Assembly: GCA_020721815.1 (NCBI GenBank)
Contig: DYMA01000001.1
Location: forward strand, 1-62,637
Reading direction: 5' to 3'
Length of the DNA stretch: 62,637 bases
Source of the DNA: Sulfurovum sp.
GTDB lineage: Bacteria > Campylobacterota > Campylobacteria > Campylobacterales > Sulfurovaceae
Part shown: in pieces, positions 47,020 through 53,823 of the stretch
Numbering within the stretch: the first letter of the stretch is position 1
Layout of the letters: every line of letters begins with the position of its first letter
The notes under the pieces: generated by a model
The model's database searches: none
Told to the model about the DNA's origin: nothing
The model's input: only the letters and a program-made list of their open reading frames with translations
Position numbers and translations under genes: made by a program

Positions 47020-49029
47020 ATGAAAACATCCCTACTTTTTGGTATCCACTGCCATCAGCCTATTGATAATTTTGACCATGTTGTTTATGAGATCATCGAA
47101 AAATCCTATAAGCCCTTTTTTCAGGTTTTGGAGGGATTTCCCGAGTTTAAATGCTCGATACATTTTAGCGGTTGGATATTGGAGTTTGTTTACAAAAATG
47201 ACCCTGAACTGTTTGCTTTGATGCAACGACTCTCTCCTCAATTGGAGTTTTTTACAGGCGGTTACTACGAACCCATTTTGGCATCGATTTCAAGCAAAGA
47301 TAGAGTAGCTCAAATCGATAAACTCTCACGTTTTATCATCAAGCACTTCAACCAAACACCCAAAGGGCTTTGGCTTACCGAACGTATTTGGGATGACTCT
47401 ATTATCGATGATTTGGCAAAATGCAACATTGAATACGTCATTGTTGATGATTACCACTTGATAGCCTCAGGACACAATCCCAAAGATTTGCAAGGCTACT
47501 TTATGACCGAAAACAGCAACAACTCTATCGCACTTTTTCCCATTAGCAAAGAGCTACGTTACGCTATTCCTTTTACATCCATTGAGAAAACGATGCAAAA
47601 ACTTCACGACTTTAGAGAGTTTGAGGGCAAAAATGCCGCTATTATCTTTGATGATGGAGAGAAGTTTGGTATTTGGCCTAGAACCTACAAAAGAGTCTAT
47701 GAGGAGGGTTGGTTGGAGCAGTTTTTTACCCAAACCCTTAACGATGAATCGATTGAGGTGATGACCTATCAAGAGTACTACACCCAAAATCACGCTTTGA
47801 GATTGGTCTATTTGCCTACAGTCTCCTATCATGAGATGGGAGAGTGGTCGGTGTTGCGAAATATTAGCAACAATTACCACAAATTGCTTGAACAAGTCGG
47901 CGAGGATGAGTATCTCGTGCGTGGAGGCATTTGGAAGAACTTCTTTTTGAAATACAGCGAAAGCAACTGGATACACAAACGCTCCCTAGAACTCTCCAAA
48001 GAACGCATCAAAGGCAAAAAATACAAAAAGGCTCTCTTTAAAACCCAATGCAACGATGTATTGTGGCACGGAGTCTTTGGGGGCATCTATCTGCCCAATC
48101 TACGAGACAATGCCTATCGTTACATTATCGAGTGCGAAAACCTCAAAGAGATTAAAAACGAGTGCGTTGTCTATGATATTGATATGGATTCCTATTTGGA
48201 GTACAAGTTTTATACTCCCAAGCTCCTCACCATCATTAAGCCCAGCCACGGGGGACAAATCGTCGAGCTTGATATACGCAAAGAGTGCTTTAACCTCCAA
48301 AATACCCTCACACGCTACCATGAAGCCTATCACGACAAAATCCAAAAAACCGATGAAGCAGAGCTTGAAGCAATGGAAGAACCAGAAGATGAGAGTGCTA
48401 CTATCCACCACAATCTCCTCACTACGACAGAGGATATTGAACACATCGAGGATTGGTATCTCAAAAAATCCTCCATTGACCATATTGTCGCCGATACGTT
48501 GAGCCTTGAAACCTTTAGGACGTGCAGCTTCAAAGAGTACGGCGATTTTGCCAATCAGGCCTATTGCGTGACCGACTCAACCCAAGAGAGTCTATCACTT
48601 CAACGCAAAGGCGGCATCTATGCAACGCAAAAATACGATACCACACTTACCAAACATTTTGAGTTTAAAAACGGCAAAATTGCAACTCAAATCACGCTCG
48701 ATAGCACTTTTGAAACGCCTTGTTATTATGTAAGCGAGTGGAATATACATTTTGCCGATTATGAACGTGTCACGTTTAACGGTGAGCATTTAGGAGAGTC
48801 GATGGAGTTGCAAGACTCTGCGCTCATTATCAAAGACCAACATTTAAATAAAACCTTTATTTTTAAATTGGATGAAGTAGGCACGATTTACCTCTATCCC
48901 ACCAAAAGCATTAGCCAAAGCGAATCGGGGATAGACTACACCATCCAAGGCGTTACGATTGGTTTTGTCAAGCCTTTTGCAAAAACGCTCACCATGACAT
49001 ACAGCTTTGAGGCGGTTGGGTTGGGGTAA
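47020..49029 (+). CDS. GH57-family 4-alpha-glucanotransferase / alpha-amylase (Thermococcales type)
   Basis: All five GH57 regions are present: GIHCHQP, QLEFFTGGYYEP, WLTERIWD (nucleophile Glu), FDDGEKFG (acid/base Asp) and QCNDVLWHGVFGGIYLP. The length (669 aa) matches archaeal 4-alpha-glucanotransferases. Confidence 0.85.
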   Translation: MKTSLLFGIHCHQPIDNFDHVVYEIIEKSYKPFFQVLEGFPEFKCSIHFSGWILEFVYKNDPELFALMQRLSPQLEFFTGGYYEPILASISSKDRVAQIDKLSRFIIKHFNQTPKGLWLTERIWDDSIIDDLAKCNIEYVIVDDYHLIASGHNPKDLQGYFMTENSNNSIALFPISKELRYAIPFTSIEKTMQKLHDFREFEGKNAAIIFDDGEKFGIWPRTYKRVYEEGWLEQFFTQTLNDESIEVMTYQEYYTQNHALRLVYLPTVSYHEMGEWSVLRNISNNYHKLLEQVGEDEYLVRGGIWKNFFLKYSESNWIHKRSLELSKERIKGKKYKKALFKTQCNDVLWHGVFGGIYLPNLRDNAYRYIIECENLKEIKNECVVYDIDMDSYLEYKFYTPKLLTIIKPSHGGQIVELDIRKECFNLQNTLTRYHEAYHDKIQKTDEAELEAMEEPEDESATIHHNLLTTTEDIEHIEDWYLKKSSIDHIVADTLSLETFRTCSFKEYGDFANQAYCVTDSTQESLSLQRKGGIYATQKYDTTLTKHFEFKNGKIATQITLDSTFETPCYYVSEWNIHFADYERVTFNGEHLGESMELQDSALIIKDQHLNKTFIFKLDEVGTIYLYPTKSISQSESGIDYTIQGVTIGFVKPFAKTLTMTYSFEAVGLG

Positions 49030-49089
49030 AAACCCTAACTAGCGTCGAAATTTTTTGAACACTTGAGCAAAATCAAGCGATAGTTTTTT

Positions 49090-49234
49090 CTCGTTCCGCC
49101 TCTCCTAAGAGTGTGAAATAACTGCCAAAAAAAGTGCTTCGACAAGCTCAGCACGAACGGTTTTACACTATCCGTTCACCCTGAGTCCAGTCGAAGGGTT
49201 TATTATTTCACACTCTGTCCCGAGATGGAACGAG
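49090..49234 (+). repeat. Nested palindromic repeat, subfamily 1, copy D
   Basis: ctcgttccgcctc...cttcgacaagctcagcacgaacgg-N11-ccgttcaccctgagtccagtcgaagg...gagatggaacgag. Same orientation as copy A. Confidence 0.9.
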
Positions 49235-49258
49235 AAGGGTATTGATTGCTTTGATTTG

Positions 49259-49540
49259 CTAGATATAGCCCCACTCATGAAACTTTGGCTTCAAAGAGTT
49301 CTCTTTTTCAAAAGCTTTGAAATAGAGATACTCGGGTGCTAAATCCAACTCATCATTCCATTTCAAAGTATAATCAACTCTAAAAGTTTTAAATTTCTCC
49401 ATATCTTGTAGTTGTTTAAATGGTTTTAGTTTCCCATCAAAAATAAACTCTTTCAAATCAACTACTCCCTCTTTGTCATCATTAAATAGAAGCAGTATTT
49501 TATAGTCATCTTGATAATTTGCTTCCACAACACTTAACAT
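49259..49540 (-). CDS. DUF2442-domain protein
   Basis: DDYKILLLFNDDKEGVVDLKEF...FKTFRVDYTLKWNDELDLAPEYLY matches the DUF2442 pattern recalled from memory. Confidence 0.6.
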   Translation of the reverse strand: MLSVVEANYQDDYKILLLFNDDKEGVVDLKEFIFDGKLKPFKQLQDMEKFKTFRVDYTLKWNDELDLAPEYLYFKAFEKENSLKPKFHEWGYI

Positions 49541-49558
49541 AACTTTACTCCTTTTGCT

Positions 49559-49687
49559 TTAAACCAATGGCTCAATTTTATGCCACTCTCCAGTTTGCTT
49601 TAAATCATTCCAATTTTGCATCAATTCACCTTGATGGACTTGTGCCCACTCTACAACAAGACCTAAAACTTTTGATGGAAGTTTACC
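49559..49687 (-). pseudogene. C-terminal remnant of a DUF4160-family gene (usual upstream partner of DUF2442)
   Basis: Hand translation gives GKLPSKVLGLVVEWAQVHQGELMQNWNDLKQTGEWHKIEPLV-stop. It is preceded in frame by two TAG stops, and the HPPH-containing N-half is absent. Confidence 0.5.
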
Positions 49688-49789
49688 CTATAGCTACAGC
49701 GTAAAAGTTCAAGATTAGACACGACAATCTCCTTTTTTGTCTATTATAGCATAAATCATTTTTTAATTTCGAGAAGCTATAATGGCATC

Positions 49790-50578
49790 ATGAAAAAGAG
49801 TAACAACCAGCCTTACAATCCAACCCTACGTTCACACAAAGAGTCTGTAGTAACTCACGATGGAAGCCCTACACTCTATTCGCATGAGTTTAGAGAGCAT
49901 TATCACTCTACCCACGATGGGGCATTGAGCGAGTCGCTTCACAAACATATTATCCCCGCTTTTGCGTTGAATGCTCACAAAAAACATCTGCGTATTTTGG
50001 ATGTCTGCTTTGGGTTGGGGTACAATACATTGGCGACGCTTTACTATATCCAAAAGCATCAATTGGATCTTAGCGTTGAGATTGTTTCGCCCGAATTTGA
50101 CCTAGAACTCATCGGCTCACTCAAAGATTTTCACTATCCCAAAGAGTTTGAAAACCTCAAAGAGATTATTATCACCCTCTCCAAAGAACTAACCTACCAT
50201 AATCCAAGAGTAGATATTAACATTCTACTAGGTGATGCGCGTGAGAGCATTCCCAAACTTACGCAAAAATTTGACATTGTCTATCAAGATGCTTTCTCTC
50301 CCAAAACCAACCCTTTGTTGTGGACGCGTGAGTATTTTGCCGATATTGCTAGGCTTTTGACCAATGATGGTATCCTTACGACCTATTCGACGGCGATTGC
50401 AACCCGTTTGGCACTCTTTGAAAACGGTTTTAACATCTATTTACTTCAAAACGATGCCATTCGCAACGCCACTATCGCCTCACTCAATCGACTACACAAC
50501 ATCAAAAAAATTGATATGAGACACAAAATCGCCACCAACCCAAACGCAAAGCCCCTAAGCGACAAAGATTACCTATAA
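49790..50578 (+). CDS. MnmD/MnmC-type tRNA (mnm5s2U34) SAM-dependent methyltransferase domain protein
   Basis: HDGSPTLYSHEFREHYHSTHDGALSES, ILDVCFGLGYN (SAM motif I) and YQDAFSPKTNPLLWT. Confidence 0.75.
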   Translation: MKKSNNQPYNPTLRSHKESVVTHDGSPTLYSHEFREHYHSTHDGALSESLHKHIIPAFALNAHKKHLRILDVCFGLGYNTLATLYYIQKHQLDLSVEIVSPEFDLELIGSLKDFHYPKEFENLKEIIITLSKELTYHNPRVDINILLGDARESIPKLTQKFDIVYQDAFSPKTNPLLWTREYFADIARLLTNDGILTTYSTAIATRLALFENGFNIYLLQNDAIRNATIASLNRLHNIKKIDMRHKIATNPNAKPLSDKDYL

Positions 50579-50582
50579 TCAA

Positions 50583-50603
50583 TTTTGTTACCATTTTGTT
50601 TCC
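50583..50603 (+). promoter_or_regulatory. Two direct repeats TTTTGTTACC / TTTTGTTTCC, 11 bp apart, upstream of the lipoprotein gene
   Basis: Read directly. The same motif forms a 5-copy array at 52980-53031. Confidence 0.4.
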
Positions 50604-50698
50604 AAAAAGCAATAGAACTGTAACTTTTTACTGCTAATCTTGCGGTGTAAAAATCTATGATTGTAGATTTAAAATTTTTTAATTAAGGAATTGACACA

Positions 50699-52900
50699 AT
50701 GAAATACTCAGTAGCATTACTTTCGGCTTTAGCGGCTCTTGCAATCACATCATGCGGAGGCGGAGGCGGTTCAACTACACCAACACCAACTCCAGACACA
50801 AACAACACAACTCCAACACCAACTCCAGACACAAACAACACAACTCCAACACCAACTCCAGACACAAACAACACAACTCCAACACCAACTGTTTTGGAAA
50901 AATCTACAATTGCAGGTGACATTACTTCTGATACAAAACTTTCAAAAGACAAAATTTGGGTTATTGATGGTTTAGTAGCGGTTAAAAATGGTGCTACACT
51001 TACAATTGAAGCAGGTACAATTGTAGCAGGTAAAGATGGTACAGGTGATGCTACATCCTATTTGGTAGTCGATAAAGGTGCTAAAATTATGGCTGAAGGT
51101 ACTGCTTCAGAGCCTATTATTTTCACATCAGAGTTGGCAGTTAATGCGGAATTGAGTGTTTCTAAGAGCAGAGGACTTACAAAAGTATCGGATTTCAAAA
51201 ACACAGCAGGTGCTGTAGGTCAGTGGGGTGGACTCACTATCATCGGTAATGCAGGTAATGCACAAGTTAATCCTTATGAAGTAAATTCAGAGTTTGTACC
51301 AGGCACAGACAATATGGCGGATAATTCAGGTGTTTTGAAACACATCAAAATCCTTAACTCTGGTATTACTATGGCACAAGATAAAGAGATTAACGGTCTT
51401 TCACTTGTAGGTGTAGGTTCAGGTACAACCATTGAAGATATTACCGTAGATCTCTCCGATGATGATGGTATTGAGTTGTGGGGTGGTACTGTAAATCTTA
51501 CAAATATTACAATCACAAGATGTACAGATGACCACTTCGATATCGACGATGGCTTTAGCGGTGTTGTCAAAAATCTTAACATTACACAAAGCTCAGGTAA
51601 TGCAGCCATTGAGATGTCTGGTGATACAGTAGCTACTTTTGATGGTGTAAGCATTGTTCAAAATGCTTCAGCAAAAGAGGGTGGTTTATTCTTCAAAAAA
51701 GATGGTATCGGTGGTACATTCAAAAATGTTGTTATTATTGATAACGTAGATGATGCTTACGGTGCTATCTATTCTGAAGGTACAGCTGATAGTGCAAATA
51801 TCTCTTTTGAAAACGTCAAAATTGGTGGTACTGCAAAAACCAAATTTAATGGAGACTCTGCGGCAACATTGGAAGCACTTTTTGATGCAGGAACTGGCAA
51901 TGACAAAAACTATGTAGCCAATCAAATTCCTGAAAAACAAGAGACTTTAGCAGGTGATATTACGACTGATATGACACTTACAAAAGATACTTTGTGGATT
52001 CTTGATGGTTTGGTAGCGGTTAAAAACGGTGCTACACTTACAATCGAAGCGGGTACATTTATCGCTGGTAAAGATGGTACAGGCGATGCTACATCTTATT
52101 TAGTAGTTGATAAAGGTGCTAAGATTATGGCAGAAGGTAGCGCGACTGAGCCTATCGTATTTACATCAACTTTGGTAGCTATTGACGGTGCTGCACCTGC
52201 TGTAGGTCAATGGGGTGGACTTACTATTATCGGTAATGCAGGTAATGCACAAGTAAAACCTTATGAGGTAAATTCTGTATTTGTTCCAGGTATGGATAAC
52301 TTGGCTGATAATTCAGGTGTTTTAAAACACGTTAAAATTTTACACTCTGGTATCACTATGGCACAAGACAAAGAGATTAACGGTCTTTCACTTGTAGGTG
52401 TAGGTTCAGGTACAACCATTGAAGATATTACCGTTGATCTCTCCGATGATGATGGTGTTGAATTATGGGGTGGAACAGTAAACCTTACAAATGTAACAAT
52501 CACAAGATGTACAGATGACCACTTCGATATCGACGATGGCTTTAGCGGTACAGTCAAAAATCTTAATATTGTTCAAACTACAGGTAATGCAGCTGTTGAG
52601 ATGTCAGGCGATACCTATGCAACATTTGATGGATTTACAATTATGCAAAACAACTCTGCCAAAGAGGGAACTTTGTTCTTCAAAGGCGATGGAATCGGTG
52701 GAACATTTAAAAACGGTATTGTAACAGATAACGTAAGTGATGCTTACGGTGCTATCAACTCCGATAAAGTTGTTGTAGCAGACAAAATTATGTTTGAACA
52801 AATTACACTTAATGGAACATCTACAGAAGCAAAATTCACAGGTGCTTCAGCCGCTACACTTGAGAGCCTATTTACATCAGGCACAGGCAACACAAAATAG
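50699..52900 (+). CDS. Surface lipoprotein with a Pro/Thr-rich linker and two tandem ~330-aa beta-helix-like modules (function unknown)
   Basis: Lipobox LAITSCGGGGG, 3 x TPTPTPDTNNT, then two homologous modules. Each module carries GDIT.DT.L.KD..W..DGLVAVKNGATLTIEAGT and LSDDDG.ELWGGTVNLTN.TITRCTDDHFDIDDGFSG. Confidence 0.8.
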   Translation: MKYSVALLSALAALAITSCGGGGGSTTPTPTPDTNNTTPTPTPDTNNTTPTPTPDTNNTTPTPTVLEKSTIAGDITSDTKLSKDKIWVIDGLVAVKNGATLTIEAGTIVAGKDGTGDATSYLVVDKGAKIMAEGTASEPIIFTSELAVNAELSVSKSRGLTKVSDFKNTAGAVGQWGGLTIIGNAGNAQVNPYEVNSEFVPGTDNMADNSGVLKHIKILNSGITMAQDKEINGLSLVGVGSGTTIEDITVDLSDDDGIELWGGTVNLTNITITRCTDDHFDIDDGFSGVVKNLNITQSSGNAAIEMSGDTVATFDGVSIVQNASAKEGGLFFKKDGIGGTFKNVVIIDNVDDAYGAIYSEGTADSANISFENVKIGGTAKTKFNGDSAATLEALFDAGTGNDKNYVANQIPEKQETLAGDITTDMTLTKDTLWILDGLVAVKNGATLTIEAGTFIAGKDGTGDATSYLVVDKGAKIMAEGSATEPIVFTSTLVAIDGAAPAVGQWGGLTIIGNAGNAQVKPYEVNSVFVPGMDNLADNSGVLKHVKILHSGITMAQDKEINGLSLVGVGSGTTIEDITVDLSDDDGVELWGGTVNLTNVTITRCTDDHFDIDDGFSGTVKNLNIVQTTGNAAVEMSGDTYATFDGFTIMQNNSAKEGTLFFKGDGIGGTFKNGIVTDNVSDAYGAINSDKVVVADKIMFEQITLNGTSTEAKFTGASAATLESLFTSGTGNTK
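50783..50890 (+). repeat. Perfect 33-bp tandem repeat, 3 full copies plus a 9-nt partial
   Basis: Unit acaccaactccagacacaaacaacacaactcca at 50783, 50816 and 50849. It is in frame and encodes TPTPDTNNTTP-type units. Confidence 0.95.
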
Positions 52901-52914
52901 TTTACTAACTCTTT

Positions 52915-52954
52915 AACAAGATAGGAAATCCCCTATCTTGTTGCCTCTTTTTTT
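52915..52954 (+). terminator. Rho-independent terminator after the lipoprotein gene
   Basis: Stem AACAAGATAGG / CCTATCTTGTT (11 bp), 6-nt loop, then GCCTCTTTTTTT. Confidence 0.8.
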
Positions 52955-52979
52955 ATTTCGCTCCTCCCTTTCTCCATTA

Positions 52980-53031
52980 TTTTGTTATCGATTTGTTACC
53001 TTTTGTTATCAAACTGTTATTTTTTGTCACT
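52980..53031 (+). promoter_or_regulatory. Array of five helically phased direct repeats (TTTGTTAYC consensus) upstream of the TonB2-type operon
   Basis: Repeat starts at 52981, 52992, 53002, 53013 and 53023 (spacing 11,10,11,10). The array abuts a TATGAT -10 candidate at 53031-53036. Confidence 0.5.
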
Positions 53032-53064
53032 ATGATTAGCAAAATTTTTTTATGGGAGCCTATA

Positions 53065-53823
53065 GTGATTAAACTATACAATAAAAGTATCTTAGCCGCT
53101 CTTGCTTTGCTATCTTCTAGTAGCCTTTACGGTGAAAATATCGTTGATTCTATTATGAAGTTGCGAACGGATGTCGAGGGGCTTTACACCAAGATAGACG
53201 AAAACAAAGAGAGCTACAAGTCGCAAATGAAATCGATTGCAATGCAAGTAGCCGACACTGAGGCACAAATTGGTAGAAAAGAGACTACATTAAAATTAAC
53301 CAATCTTGAATTGGAAAAAACCAATACTCAACTTGCCAAATTGGGTAGCTCTACGCAAGATTTTCAACCTGTTTTAACGGATGCTATCACCAAACTCGAA
53401 GCACTGATTAAAGCAGGTATTCCTTTCAAGGTTCAAGAGCGACTCGCTTCACTTGCCAAAATCAAAACCGACCTCAAAGAGGGAACGATTACGCAAGAAA
53501 AAGCTCTATCGTTGGTATGGGCAAGTTACGATGATGCGCTTCGTATCACCAAAGAGATTGGTCTATTTAAGCAAAACATAGAGCTTAACGGTGAACCCAA
53601 AATGGCTCAAGTCGCCAAATTAGGCTCCATTGCACTCTACTTTGCAACACCCGATGAGAAAGTAGGTTATGTCGTCAAAGAGGGTAACGGTTATGCTTAC
53701 AAACTGGAAGAAGATGGCGACAAAGTGCAAAAGATTGTAGCGCTCTTTGATGCCTTGCAAAAACAAATTCGCACAGGTTACTTCTCAATTCCCAACGCAC
53801 TTGTTCTCTCGGAGGTCAAATAA
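53065..53823 (+). CDS. DUF3450 / TtpB-like periplasmic coiled-coil protein
   Basis: GTG start at 53065, 7 nt after GGGAG. Signal peptide ILAALALLSSSSLYG, a coiled-coil body and the LVWASYDDALRITKEIG...AQVAKLGSIALYF motif. Confidence 0.6.
   Translation: MIKLYNKSILAALALLSSSSLYGENIVDSIMKLRTDVEGLYTKIDENKESYKSQMKSIAMQVADTEAQIGRKETTLKLTNLELEKTNTQLAKLGSSTQDFQPVLTDAITKLEALIKAGIPFKVQERLASLAKIKTDLKEGTITQEKALSLVWASYDDALRITKEIGLFKQNIELNGEPKMAQVAKLGSIALYFATPDEKVGYVVKEGNGYAYKLEEDGDKVQKIVALFDALQKQIRTGYFSIPNALVLSEVK

Noticed and set aside
30694-49234. The four repeat copies as a CRISPR array or as IS-element ends.
   Set aside because: The copies are kilobases apart and internally palindromic with nested stems, unlike short regularly spaced repeats. 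There are no cas genes and no transposase between or beside them.
50683-50975. ORFs 50683-50952 (minus) and 50739-50975 (plus, alternative frame) with repetitive GVGVVLFVS / QLQTQTTQLQH peptides.
   Set aside because: They are alternative-frame readings of the 33-bp tandem repeat inside the lipoprotein gene. The lipoprotein frame has a signal peptide, a lipobox and a long conserved body.
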